Assembly (NCBI RefSeq): GCF_018350175.1
Contig: NC_058369.1
Coordinates: forward strand, 18,726,001 to 18,790,000
DNA: 64,000 bases
Source: Felis catus
Lineage: Eukaryota
Reading direction: 5' to 3'
The notes under the pieces are model-generated. The model had not been told where the DNA came from, did not search any database, and saw nothing but the letters and a program-made list of their open reading frames with translations. The position numbers were made by a program, and so were the translations under genes. Below, piece after piece: positions 1-14,005 of the stretch. How positions within the stretch are numbered: the first letter of the stretch is position 1; the number at the start of each line of letters is the position of its first letter.

Positions 1-1247
1 TTCTCCTAATGGCCCATCCTAGTGACCAAGCTGCTAGTAGGAATCTGAGTGTCTGGGCACCTGAGAGGACCAGCAGCAGGAGGGTCAGAGTACCAAGGCT
101 CTTCCCCCTCCTCCAGGGTGAGAGCAGACATAAGTGTGTGGTTATCCTCTTTTCCACCTCACTCTGTGGGCCAGGGTGGGGCTTCCAGTCTTGCCAAGGA
201 AGAGCCCTGACTCTGGAGGAAGTTCCTGGGAGACACGCCCCTGTCAGCCTCTGACCTGCTGCAGGAATCACCGATGCAGGGCCTGGGATGTTCAGACCTC
301 ACTCCTGTGCAGACAGCTGGAGCTGGGGAAGTAGACTTGGTTTCTAGTGTTCTAGGAACTTTGCCGCTGATATCCACGTCATACTTGGATGACCAGTTTG
401 GGGCTGTGGTCTCCAGGAAGGCTACATGCCAGCCCCTGTGTCTGTCTTAATCATGGCTGTGTCTCCAGTCCCCAGCACTGAACCTGACAGAGGGGATTAC
501 CCTGAGAGTAGTGGACTGATGGTTGAGTGTTTGTTCCCCACCCAGATCTGGAGGAAGCAGGGCCCTTGGTCTAAGTGCCATCACACACAGTCCCCATCGG
601 AACAGTCCAGAGCCCTGGGGGCAGGAGGAGGCTTCCACCTGAGGGTCTTTGCTGGCCTTGGACAAGGTGACTTGGGCTGGGGGGTATAAGCAGAGGGGAC
701 TGCTTGGCCCCATCCTCCCAGCAGGGCTTCTTTCAGATGCCTCCCCTGGCCCCAGGAGCCTGTGGCCTCCCAGCACAGCCCTTACTTGGGAAGAGTGTGG
801 GGAGGATGGTGTCTGAGGCCTGAGGGTTAGGAGGCCAGGGAGGAGCTGGGCACCTAGGAGGCGCTCCCTGTCTGAGGCTACTCCTGGTTTGCATGGGCTC
901 TGGACTGATGGACTCCACACCAACTCCCCCTCTTCTCCAGACTCATGTGCTACCTGTAGCCTCCCCTCCCCTGCAGGTCTCCTCCTTTTCTTGCCAGGTG
1001 AAAAAGCTCTCTACAGGGTAAAGAAGAGATCCTTCTTTTTGGTTTATCATTTGAAGTCTGAAGGATGGGGAAGTCTGTCATTTGGGGGCAACAAATCTAT
1101 TAGTCATTTTCTCCTTGTGCCTTTGGGGTCATGCTTTAGAAAACTTTCTCCTGCTTACACTTACAGAAATAGTCATAGAAATACTCTTTGAGTACTTCAG
1201 TGTCTTTGTGATTTTCATCAACCCCCTCCCCTCCCATTTCCTTACAG

Positions 1248-4200
1248 AAAACCGAGTGGCTCTGTCTCAACTGCCAAACTAAGCGGCTACTAGAGGGCAG
1301 CCTGGGAGAGCCGACCCCCCTGCCGCTGCCCACCTCACAGCAGCCCCCCTCGGGGGCCCCTCTCCGTGCAGCTGGAGCAGCCCCTCTGAAGCAGAAAGGG
1401 CCACAGGGGCTGGGCCAGCCATCGGGCCCCCTGCCTGCCAAGGCCAGTCCCCTGCCCACCAAGGCCAGCCCCCAGGCCAAGCCCCTCAAGGCTTCTGAAC
1501 CTAGCAGGACCCTGAGCAGTGCCCAGGAAAAGAAGACAGGAATCCCAGCTAAAGCCGAGCCTGGGCCGAAACCACCTCCGGAGACTACCCTGCCCCCTGG
1601 GACTCCTAAAGCAAAGACGGGGACCCGGAGGACTGAACCTGCCACGCCTGTCGTCAAGGCTGTTCCAGAAGCCCCCAAGGGTGGGGAGGCAGAGGTCAGT
1701 CCCATTCACTTCCCAGGGACCTTAGCTCTCAGGTGGGATGGTCTAGAGAAGGGCTTGGTTCCTGGAGCAGGTCCCTTGGGGCCACAGAGGTGGTAAGGGA
1801 TGCCTGGATGAGACCCTAGTGGGCCTGGAGCCTATGAGTTGTAGGCTGGTCCTATGTCTGGCACTTGGTTGAATGTTTGGGTGGATTTTGCTACCATTAG
1901 ATCTAATAAAGCTTCTCTTTGAGAATCTAGGGCTGCTTGGGGGTTTTTAAGGCCAGAGAAATGGAAGGTGGTGGGCCCTCCCCTGGGAGGTGGAGGACCC
2001 CTTCCTCAGGGCCCTGGGATTGACAGAGAGGGCTGGGCTTCTCCAGTGAGCTGTCTGCCATGGGGAGTCAGTGTCTGCTTCTCACCCTGCTGCAGGAGCT
2101 GGCAGGCAAGACTTATTCTCAGGACCTGTCTCGGAGCCCACAGAGCCTCAGTGACACAGGCTATTCGTCCGACGGCATCTCCAGCTCCCAGAGCGAGATC
2201 ACAGGCGTTGTACAGCAGGAGGTAGAGCAGCTGGACAGCGCAGGGGTGACAGGGCCTCGCCCGCCCAGCCCCTCTGAGCTTCACAAGGTGGGGAGCAGCC
2301 TGCGGCCTTCGCTGGAGGCCCAGGGCCCAGCCCCCAGGGGCGAGCAGAGCAAGCCACCCAGGAGCAGTGGTGAGGAGCAGAAACGGAGGCCCCACTCCTT
2401 GTCCATCATGCCTGAGGCCTATGACTCCGATGAGGAACTGGAGGATATCTTGGAGGAGGAGGAAGACTCTCTGGAGTGGGGGCGCCAGAGGGAGCAGCAG
2501 GACACAGCCGAGTCATCAGATGACTTTGGCAGCCAGTTGAGGCACGACTATGTGGAGGACAGCAGTGAGGGTGGCCTGTCCCCTCTCCCACCCCAGCCCC
2601 CAGCCCGGGCAGCAGAACTGACCGACGAGGAGTTCATGCGACGACAGATACTGGAGATGAGCGCCGAAGAAGACAACCTGGAAGAGGATGACGTTGCCCC
2701 CTCTGGGCATGGCCTGGCCAAACATGGCACCCAGAAGGGTGGCCCCAGGCCCCGGCCTGAGCCCAGCCAAGACCCAGCAGTGCTGCCCAAGAGACGTCTG
2801 CCGCATAACGCCACCACAGGCTACGAGGAGCTGCTCTCTGAGGGAGGCCCAGCCGAGGCCAGCGATGGCACTGGGGCCCTACAGGGGGGGCTCCGCCGCT
2901 TCAAGACCATTGAGCTTAATAGCACGGGCAGCTATGGCCATGAGCTGGACCTGGGCCAAGGTCCCGACCCCAGCCTGGAGCGGGAGCCGGAGCTGGAAAT
3001 GGAGAGCCTGACAGGCTCGCCAGAGGACCGCTCCCGTGGGGAGCACTCCTCCACACTGCCTGCCTCCACACCCAGCTACACTTCGGGCACCTCTCCCACC
3101 TCCCTGTCCTCCCTGGAGGAGGACAGTGATAGCAGCCCCAGCCGCCGGCAGCGACTAGAAGAAGCAAAGCAGCAGCGCAAGGCTCGGCACCGCTCACATG
3201 GGCCCCTGCTGCCCACCATCGAGGACTCCTCGGAGGAGGAGGAGCTGCGGGAGGAGGAGGAGCTGCTACGGGAGCAGGAGAAGATGCGGGAGGTGGAACA
3301 GCAGCGTATCCGCAGCACGGCCCGCAAGACACGGCGAGACAAGGAAGAACTGCGGGCCCAGCGGCGGCGCGAGCGCTCCAAGACCCCCCCGAGCAACCTG
3401 TCCCCCATCGAGGATGCCTCCCCGACTGAGGAGCTGAGGCAGGCAGCTGAGATGGAGGAGCTCCATCGCTCCTCCTGCTCCGAGTACTCGCCCTCCCCTT
3501 CCCTTGACTCGGAGGCTGAAGCCCTGGATGGCGGCCCCACCCGGCTCTACAAGTCAGGCAGTGAGTACAACCTGCCCACCTTCATGTCCCTCTACTCGCC
3601 AACTGAGACGCCCTCAGGCAGCTCCACCACTCCCAGCTCCAGCCGGCCCCTGAAGAGCGCAGAGGAGGCCTATGAGGAGATGATGCGCAAGGCCGAGCTG
3701 CTCCAGCGGCAACAGGGCCAGGTGGCAGGTGGCCCCTCTCAGCCCACTGGTACCCGGAGCCAGGGTGCCTTTGAGTACCAGGACACCCCCGACCAGGACT
3801 ATGGCAGGGCTGCACAGCCTGCCCCTGAGGGCACACCGGCCAGCCTGGGGACAGCCGTGTATGAGGAGATCCTTCAGACATCACAGAGCATTGCCCGCAT
3901 GCGGCAGGCCTCCTCCCGGGACTTGGCCTTTGTGGAGGACAAGAAGAAGGAGAAGCAGTTTCTGAATGCCGACAGTGCGTACATGGACCCAATGAAGCAA
4001 AATGGCGGCCCACTCACCCCTGGTACCAGTCCCACCCAGCTGGCTGCCCCTGTGTCCTTCTCCACCTCCACCTCCTCAGATAGCAGTGGTGGCCGAGTCA
4101 TTCCTGATGTCCGTGTTACTCAGCATTTTGCAAAGGAGCCTCAGGACCCCCTCAAGCTTCACAGCTCTCCTGCCTCCCCCAGCTCTGCCTCCAAGGAGGT

Positions 4201-7200
4201 AGGCATATCCTTTTCCCAGGGCCCTGGCACCCCAGCCACCACAGCTGTGGCTCCTTGTCCAGCCAGCCTGTCACGAGGTTATATGACTCCAACCTCCCCA
4301 GCAGGCTCTGAGCGCAGCCCTTCACCGTCTGCTGTAGGCCACAGCTATGGACAGAGCCCAGCCACTGCGAACTACGGGTCCCAAACTGAGGAGATACCCC
4401 AGGCCCTCAGTGGCGCCACTGCCAGTGGACGGGCTGCCAGAGACAAGCCCCTGAGTGTGAGTGATGGCGAGAGCGGCCCCCACAAGGCCTCCCGGGGGTA
4501 TTCCTACTTCGCAGGCTCCAGCCCACCTCTCTCTCCATCTTCTCCTTCAGAGAGTCCCACATTCTCCCCTGGCAAGCTGGGCCCAAGGGCCACAGCCGAG
4601 TTCTCTACACAGACGCCAAGCCCGACCCCTGCCTCGGACATGCCTCGGAGCCCTGGTGCCCCGACCCCAACACCCATGGTGGCTCAGGGCACACAAACGC
4701 CACACCGGCCCAGCACACCTCGCCTGGTGTGGCAGCAGCCCTCTCAGGAGGCCCCTTTCATGGTCATCACTCTGGCATCAGATGCCTCCAGCCAGACCAG
4801 GATGGTACATGCCAGTGCCTCCACCTCCCCAGTGTGTTCGCCCACTGACACCCAGCCCACCACCCACAGCTATAGCCAGACAACACCTCCGAGTATGTCC
4901 CAGCTGCCCCCAGAGCCACCTGGGCCACCTGGCTTCCCGCGGGCACCCAGTGCTGGCGCGGATGGGCCCTTGGCAGTCTATGGCTGGGGCGCCCTCCCTG
5001 CTGAGAACATCTCCCTGTGCCGGATCTCCTCTGTCCCTGGAACGTCTAGGGTGGAGCCAGGCCCTAGGCCTCCAGGCAGTGCCGTGGTAGACCTTCGCAC
5101 AGCTGTCAAGCCTACTCCTATCATCCTTACTGACCAGGGCATGGACCTGACCTCTCTTGCCGTGGAAGCGAGGAAGTACGGCCTTGCCCTGGATCCAATC
5201 CCAGGACGGCAGTCGACTGCTGTACAGCCTTTGGTCATCAACCTCAATGCCCAGGAGCAGACCCATGCCTTCCTCAGCACCGCCACCACCGTGAGCATCA
5301 CCATGGCCTCATCTGTGCTCATGGCTCAGCAAAAGCAGCCTGTGGTCTATGGAGACCCCTTCCAGAGCCGGCTTGACTTTGGTCAGGGTGCGGGTAGCCC
5401 TGTGTGCCTGGCCCAGGTCAAGCAGGTAGAGCAGGCCGTCCAGACAGCCCCATACCGAGGCGGGCCCCGTGGAAGACCTAGGGAGACCAAGTTTGCCAGG
5501 TATAACCTGCCCAACCAGGTAGCACCTCTGGCCAGAAGGGACGTTTTAATCACTCAGATGGGCAGTGCCCAGAGTGTTGGCCTCAAATCGGGCCCAGTGG
5601 CAGAGCCTGGTGCCGAACCCCACCGGGCTGCCCCTGCAGAGCTGCGGTCACACGCTGCTCCAGGTGCCAGGAAGCCACACACAGTGGTGGTGCAGATGGG
5701 AGAGGGCACAGCAGGCACTGTGACCACACTGCTCCCAGAGGAACCTGCAGGTGCCCTGGACCTCACTGGGATGAGGCCTGAGAGCCAGATGGCATGCTGT
5801 GACATGGTCTACAAGTTCCCCTTTGGCAGTAGCTGCACAGGCACCTTCCACCCCACCCCCAGCGCTCCTGAGAAGAGTGTGTCAGACGTTGCCCTACCTG
5901 GCCAGAGCAGCGGCCCCTTCTACAGTCCCCGGGACCCTGAGCCTCCTGAACCCCCCACCTACCGGGCACAGGGGGTAGTGGGGCCTGGGCCCCACGAGGA
6001 ACAGAGGCCCTACCCACAGGGCCTCCATGGCAGGCTATACTCCTCCATGTCTGACACCAATTTAGCAGAGGCTAGCCTCAACTACCATGCCCACAGGATT
6101 GGGCAGCTCTTCCAGGGCCCTGGACGAGACTCAGCTGTGGATCTCAGCTCGCTGAAGCATTCCTACAGCCTGGGCTTTGTGGATGGACGCTACCTTGGGC
6201 AGGGCTTGCAGTATGGCTCGTACACAGACCTGCGTCATCCCACAGACGTTTTGACTCACCCACTTCCCATGAGGCGCTACAGTTCAGTGTCAAACATCTA
6301 CTCAGACCACAGGTATGGCCCACGGGGAGATGCAGCTGGCTTCCAGGAGGCCAGTCTGGCCCAGTACAGTGCCACCACCGCCCGTGAGATCAGCCGCATG
6401 TGTGCTGCCCTCAACTCCATGGACCAGTATGGAGGGCGGCATGGCAGTGGTGGTGGTGGCCCTGACCTCATGCAGTATCAGCCCCAGCCCGGGCCTGGGC
6501 TCAGCGCTCCCCAGGGTCTGGCTCCCCTCAGACCTGGCCTCCTTGGGAACCCCACCTTCCCAGAGGGCCACCCAAGTCCTGGGAACCTGGCCCAGTACAG
6601 GCCTACGGTAGGCCAGGGAACAGCAGTCAGACAGCTGCTGCCATCCACAGCCACCGTGCGTGCAGCCGACGGCATGATCTACTCGACTATCAACACTCCA
6701 ATTGCTGCAACACTGCCCATAACCACCCAGCCCGCCTCAGTACTGCGGCCCATGGTGCGCCGTGGCATGTACAGGCCTTACGTGTCGGGTGGGGTCACAG
6801 CCGTGCCGCTCACCAGCCTGACACGCATGCCCGTGATTGCCCCCCGGATACCTCTTGGGCCCACAGGGCTGTACCGATATCCTGCACCAAGTAGATTCCC
6901 CGCTGCTTCCAGCATTCCACCTGCTGAGGGTCCTGTGTACCTGGGGAAACCTGCTGCTGCTAAGGCCCCAGGGGCTGGGGGCCCACCAAGGCCAGAGCTG
7001 CCAACAGGGGCAGCTCGGGAAGAGCCTCTTTCCACAGCCACCCCTGCTGCCGCCAAAGAGGCTGTAGCAGCCCCACCCCCAGCCCCAGCCCCTCTGGCCA
7101 GCCAGAAGCCGCAGGTAGATGCTGCTCCCGGGGGCGGCAGCGGGGCCCTCAGCCGGCCAGGGCTGGAGAAGGAGGAAGCTGCGCAGGAGGAGCGACAGCG

Positions 7201-10200
7201 GAAACAGCAGGAGCAGCTGCTGCAGCTGGAGCGGGAGCGGGTGGAGTTGGAGAAGCTGCGGCAACTGCGGCTGCAGGAGGAGCTGGAGCGGGAGCGGGTG
7301 GAGCTGCAGCGGCACCGTGAGGAAGAGCAGCTCCTGGTGCAGCGGGAGCTGCAGGAGCTGCAGACCATTAAGCACCATGTGCTGCAGCAGCAACAGGAGG
7401 AACGGCAGGCCCAGTTCGCCCTGCAGAGGGAGCAGCTGGCACAGCAGCGTCTGCAGTTGGAGCAGATCCAGCAGCTGCAGCAGCAGCTGCAGCAGCAGCT
7501 AGAGGAACAGAAGCAGCGGCAGAAGACCCCCTTCCCCGTGGCCTGCGAGGCACCTGGCCGAGGGCCTCCCCCAGCTGCCACGGAGCTGGCTCAGAATGGC
7601 CAGTACTGGCCACCCCTGACCCACACAGCCTTCATCGCCGTGGCAGGGCCGGAGGGGCCTGGGCAGCCTCGGGAGCCCGGGCTGCATCGGGGCCTCCCTA
7701 GCTCTGCCTCGGATATGTCACTGCAGACAGAGGAGCCGTGGGAGGCAGGCCGCAGCGGCCTCAAGAAGCGGCACTCTATGCCTCGCCTGCGGGACGCCTG
7801 CGAGCCAGAGTCAGGGCCCGAGCCCTGCGCGGTCAGGAGGATTGCAGACAGCAGCGTGCAGACAGACGAGGAGGATGGGGAGGGCCGCTACCTCCTGAGC
7901 CGGCGGCGCCGGGTGCGGCGGAGTGCGGACTGCAGCGTGCAGACTGATGACGAGGACAGTGCCGAGTGGGAGCAGCCGGTGCGCCGCCGCCGGTCCCGGC
8001 TTTCCCGCCACTCGGATTCCGGCTCCGACAGCAAGCATGATGCTGCCGCCTCATCGTCCCCTGCAACCGCTGCTGCGAGGGCCACGAGCAGCGTGGGCAT
8101 CCAGACCATCAGTGACTGCTCTGTGCAGACGGAGCCTGACCAGCTGCCCAGAGTCTCTCCAGCCATCCACATCACAGCCGCTACTGACCCCAAGGTGGAG
8201 ATCGTCAGGTACATCTCGGCGCCAGAGAAGACTGGACGCGGGGAGAGCCTGGCCTGCCAGACGGAGCCCGAGGGGCAGGCCCAGGGTGTGGTTGGGCCGC
8301 AGCTTGTAGGGCCAACTGCCATCAGCCCCTACCTGCCTGGCATCCAGATCGTCACCCCAGGGCCCCTCGGCAGATTCGAAAAAAAGAAGCCAGATCCCCT
8401 GGAGATTGGATACCAGGCCCAGCTGCCCCCGGAGTCCCTGTCACAGCTCGTGAGCCGCCAGCCTCCCAAGTCCCCCCAGGTCCTCTACTCACCGGTCTCG
8501 CCCCTGTCCCCACACCGGCTCCTGGACACCTCCTTTGCTTCCAGTGAGAGGCTGAACAAGGCTCACGTGAGTCCCCAGAAGCACTTCACGGCTGACAGCG
8601 CTCTCCGCCAGCAGACGCTGCCTCGCCCCATGAAGACCCTGCAGCGGTCCTTGTCTGACCCTAAGCCCCTCAGCCCCACCGCCGAGGAGTCTACCAAAGA
8701 GAGGTTCTCCCTCTACCAGCACCAGGGGGGACTGGGTAGCCAGGTATGGGCACAGGGGCTGGTCCAGGGTGGGACAGGGGTCTCTGTCTAGCCTGGGGGC
8801 CCCACAGGGAGGGGTTTCTCCTGGGGTGGGGGTGGAGTCACCTCCAGCTCCAGAGGCCCAGAGGAAGGAGTTGAGGATGAGGACTGGATCTTCCTTGATG
8901 CACACCTGGTGGAGCCAGCAGCCTGGCAAGGACATCTGGGCAAATACAGACTCACACACTGGCCCCCACAGCCACCCATCCAGACACTGCTAGAAACTTC
9001 AGCCTCTCCTCAGCACTGCCTCTTCACAGCCCATATCTGGTCCAGTCCCTACCGTGTCCCCCCGCCAGTCTGGGCCTCTCCCATTCCAAACCTCTACCGT
9101 GGATGTTTCCTTAGAAAATCAGTAACATAAACCTGGCTGGGCTGCTCCCTACTCCCCATCCCTGGCCTGGCTTCCATGGCCCCACAGGAAGTCCAAGACC
9201 CTTGGCCTAGCATTCAAGGTCCATCCCAGTGGGCTGCAGCATCTCTCGGTCTCATCTTGTCCCCTGTCACTATCTGGCCCTCAGTAAATCTGCTCCCTGT
9301 CTGCTCCCCTAGGCAGGGAACCCTGGAACATCAATGTGCCCTTGCCTGTGGCTTTAGTTGCCAACGATATCCTGGGACTGGGCGAGGTGGCCTGCTGTGG
9401 GCTGCCATGCAAGGGAAGATAGGAGTTGCAGGGGCCTTCTGCCAAGGATTTTGAGTGCCAGGCTAAAGAGCACGGGCTTTTCTTGTAGGCCCTTGGAGCT
9501 TCTGGAGGTTTGGGGCAGGTGAGACAGGCAAGATGGGTATTTTAGAAAGCTTCCTGGGCAGAATGAGGGTAGATAGGCTGAAGGGAAAGACTGCACAGTG
9601 GCCCTGGGGAAAGGGGTAGGAACCAGGTATATTTTCTGGGCGTGATGCAGAGAGGAGAGGGTGAGGCCTCAAGGTGGGGTGGTGGAGGTGATGAGCTTGG
9701 GTAATGGAGAGCCCTGGGGTGTGCAGTCCAGAGAGCGTGGGGGTGGGATCAGGAGTCTAGGCTGGCAGGGAGTGCAGGCCAGAGAGGCAGGCCGCCCTGG
9801 CTCCAGGCCAGGGTGGGCACAGAAGTTCCATGGGCCGGCAGTATGGTGCCATGCCGTGATGAGCCCTCAAGGTGTGCAGCCAAAATAACAAAAGATGAAC
9901 AATAGAATGAGGAGTTGAAAAAGCGAAATGTATTGTTAAAGGCCCACCCATTGTTCTGAGGCTCTGGGACACACTATCATTTTCTTTGTGACAGATGGTG
10001 AGTGTGGGTGGGAGGTTTTTATGTAGTTTCTTGGCAAGGTAAAACGCAAGAAGCCCAATGTCCGGGCCTAGTGTATTTTGGGGATTTGGGTGGTCCATAA
10101 AAGCCCAGAGTCCCAGGGCACTCTGGGAAGGCTAGGAACTAGAGACAAAGGGCCCAAGGTAGACCTTCCATCACCATCCAGTGATGTGGACCTTCAGGTA

Positions 10201-13200
10201 ATGTGAACGGCAGGTGAGGAGAACTGCAGAGAGGGCAGGGTTAGGGAGTCTGGACCAGGAAGCAACACAGCCAGAGACAGGTTGGAGAGGCCCTGCAGGG
10301 TAGCTGGTAGTCTCAGAGAGTGGTGGGCCAACAGGGATGTGGAGGGAGCTGGGGGCCAGGCCAAGAGCACAGTCCAGAGAGTTTGGCAGAGGGTGGTGTA
10401 GGGCAGCTGGGAGAAGAGGGTGGACCAGGCGGCTGAGCTGCATGTCACTTAAAACAGCTGTAGGACGGGGCAGGAAAAGACCCAGAGCCTGCAGTAACTG
10501 ACAGTCAGCCTGTGCCCCTTCTCATGATCCTCTGGGGATCCTGGTGGGCACCCAGGGACCACTCCATTCCTGTCCATGGCCCTCTATTACCCTGGTCCCC
10601 ACCAGCTTCTAGACCTGAAACCAGAGCCAGACTGTACTGTCCTCACCTCAGTGGGAGAGAGAGGGTGGCAAGCCCACTGGACATGGGCAGGGTCCTCAGG
10701 GCCACTGTATGCTAGAAGTTCTCAGAGGCAGGCTAGTCCTAGAGACCAGCACAGAGGGGCATCTGCTCCACCCCTCCCCTGCTGCCTGGAGTGCTGGGAG
10801 AGAGAAGGCCTGTAAAACGGTCACAGGCCAGTGATGATGTCCACTGGGGGCGGGGGGGAGGGGGCGGTGGGCGGGGAGGCAGTCCTCAAGGCTGCCTGGT
10901 GAATCAGAGCACCAACTATATGGAGCCCAGCCTCTGCCCCAACCCAGGCCAGGGCTCTTCTACCTTTGCCCCACCAAGTCACCCACACCTTGGGTCTCAG
11001 TGCTGCCCGCCCTTCCCTCTGTCTCAGGTGTCGGCGCTGCCACCCAACGGCCTGGTCCGCAAGGTGAAGCGGACACTGCCCAGCCCCCCTCCAGAGGAGG
11101 CTCACCTGCCCCTGGCTGGCCAGGCCCCCCCACAGCTGTATGCGGCCAGCCTGCTGCAGCATGGGCTGGCGGGGCCCACCGCTGTCCCTGCCACCAAGGC
11201 CAGCCTGCTCCGGGAGCTGGACCGGGACCTGCGGCTGGTGGAGCATGAGTCCACCAAGCTGCGCAAGAAGCAAGCGGAGCTGGACGAGGAGGAGAAGGAG
11301 ATCGACGCCAAGCTCAAGTACCTGGAGCTGGGTATCACACAGCGTAAAGAGTCTTTGGCCAAAGACCGGGGTGGCCGTGACTACCCGCCCTTGCGTGGTC
11401 TCGGTGAGCATCGTGACTACTTATCAGACAGCGAGCTCAACCAGCTGCGGCTCCAGGGCTGTGCCACTCCTGCCGGCCAGTATGCTGACTTCCCTGTCAC
11501 TGCCGCTGCTCCTGCCACCCCCTCTGGCCCTACTGCCTTCCAACAGCCCCGATTCCCACCTCCAGCCCCACAGTACACTGCAGGCAGTGGTGGGCCAACT
11601 CAGAACGGATTCCCAGCCCATCAACCACCCACCTACCCTGGCCCCGGCACATACCCAGCACCTGCCTTTCCTCCTGGCACCAGTTACCCAGCTGAGCCTA
11701 GCCTGCCAAGCCAGCAGGCTTTCCGTCCCACAGGCCACTATACAGCCCAAACACCCATGCCAACCACACAGAGCACTCTTTTCCCAGTCCCAGCTGACAG
11801 CCGTGCCCCCCACCAGAAGCCACGCCAGACGTCACTAGCCGACTTGGAACAGAAGGTGCCCACTAACTATGAGGTGATTGCCAGCCCAGTTGTGGCCATG
11901 TCTTCAGCCCCACCTGAAACCAGCTATAGTGGCCCAGCAGTAAGCAGCAGCTATGATCAAGGCAAGGCTGCTGAGCTGCCCCGGGCCGGGGACCGTAGTG
12001 GTGTGAGCCTGAGCTCAGCCTCCACCTACCCCTCTGACTCCCACTACACCAGCCTGGAGCAGAATGTCCCTCGGAACTACGTGATGATTGATGACATCAG
12101 TGAGCTGACCAAGGATAGTATCTCCACTACCCCTGATAGCCAGCGACTAGAGCCCCTGGGGCCAAGCAGCAGCGGGCGTCCAGGGAAAGAGCCGGGAGAA
12201 CCCAGCATCCTTGAGGGGACTGCATTGCCCTGCTGCTACACCAGAGGGGAGGAGGAATCTGAAGAGGACTCTTATGATCCCCGTGGGAAGAGTGGCCATC
12301 ACCGGAATCTGGAGAGCAATGGCCGACCAGCCAGTGCCCACTACTACAGTGACAGCGACTACAGACATGGAACTCGAGCAGAGAAGTATGGTCCAGGTCC
12401 CATGGGGCCTAAGCATCCCTCCAAGAGCCTGGCACCAGCTGCTATCTCCTCAAAACGTAGCAAGCACCGGAAGCAGGGCATGGAGCAAAAGATCTCCAAA
12501 TTCTCACCTATCGAAGAGGCCAAGGATGTGGAGTCTGACCTGGCCTCCTACCCCTCCCCTGCAGTCAGCAGCAGCCTAGCCTCTCGGGGCAGGAAGTTCC
12601 AGGATGAAATCACCTATGGGCTCAAGAAGAATGTGTATGAGCAGCAGAGGTACTATGGGGTGTCCAGCCGGGACCCAGTGGAGGAAGATGACCGCATGTA
12701 TGGAGGGAGTGGCCGGTCCCGGGTGGCATCTGCATATAGTGGGGAGAAACTGTCTGGCCATGACTTCAGCAGCCGGGGCAAGGGATATGAACGGGAACGG
12801 GAAGCCATGGAGAGACTCCAAAAAGCGGGCCCCAAGCCCTCGTCCCTGAGCATGGCCCATGGCCGGTCCCGGCCCCCCATGCGGAGCCAGGCCTCTGAAG
12901 AGGAGAGCCCCGTCAGCCCCTTGGGGCGGCCCCGCCCTGCCGGCGGCACCCTCCCTCCTGGGGACACCTGCCCACAGTTCTGCTCCAGCCACTCCATGCC
13001 TGACGTCCAGGAGCACGTCAAGGATGGGCCTCGGGCCCACACATATAAGCGTGAGGAGGGCTACATCCTGGATGACTCCCACTGCGTAGTTTCCGACAGC
13101 GAAGGTAATGGCAGCCAGGGGTGATTTCTGCAGCCGCTCAGCACCCGGGGGGCCTGCCCGCCCATGGGGCCCTGGGCCCTGAGATGTCCCAGGGGGGCCT

Positions 13201-14005
13201 GGCTTGGCGCCTCATCCAGTGGGCTGCTCCACCTGCGCCCTGGCCCTGGTTGTGGGGGGGACGGGCTGGGGGCCTAGTGTTAATTGCTTGTGGCTGTGGT
13301 GCCCACTCTCTGGTTTCCTTGCATGGCTTCAGCTGGGCCTCCCCCTGCGGCCAGCCCAGGGGTTGATGGTGTTCTGTTTTTGGTCTCTGAAGCGTATCAC
13401 CTGGGCCAGGAGGAGACAGACTGGTTTGATAAGCCCCGGGATGCCCGCTCTGACCGGTTCAGGCACCACGGGGGCCATGCAGTCTCCTCCTCCTCCCAGA
13501 AGCGAGGCCCTGCCAGGCACAGCTACCACGACTACGATGAGCCCCCCGAGGAGGGCCTGTGGCCACATGATGAGGGTGGCCCGAGCCGCCACACCTCAGC
13601 CAAGGAACACCGGCACCACAGTGACCACGGGCGGCACTCAGGCCGCCACACTGGTGAGGAGCCGGGCCGGCGTGCTGCCAAACCACACACTCGGGACCTG
13701 GGCCGCCATGAGGCCCGGCCTCACCCTCAGCCCAGCCCTGCCCCGGCCATGCAGAAGAAGGGTCAGCCTGGGTACCCCAGCTCTGCTGAATATTCACAGC
13801 CATCCCGTGCTCCGTCAGCATACCATCATGCCTCTGACAGCAAGAAGGGCTCCCGGCAGGCCCACTCGGGGCCCACTGCACCACAGCCAAAGCCAGAACC
13901 CCAGCTGCAGTCACAAGGTCGGCAGGCAGCTCCTGGGCCACAGCAATCACAGCCGCCACCATCAAGGCAGACACCCTCGGCAACAGCATCACGCCAGCCA
14001 CAGAC

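Noticed and set aside
6737..7613. Long Cys/Ser/Leu-rich antisense ORFs (up to 267 aa)
   Set aside because: Shadows of the CAG/GAG/CTG-rich coiled-coil coding sequence of BSN in GC-rich DNA.
2060..8791. 2243-aa ORF as a standalone single-exon gene
   Set aside because: It is BSN exon 5. The ATG at 2060 and the tail after 8743 are intronic, with good splice sites at 2095/2096 and 8743/8744.
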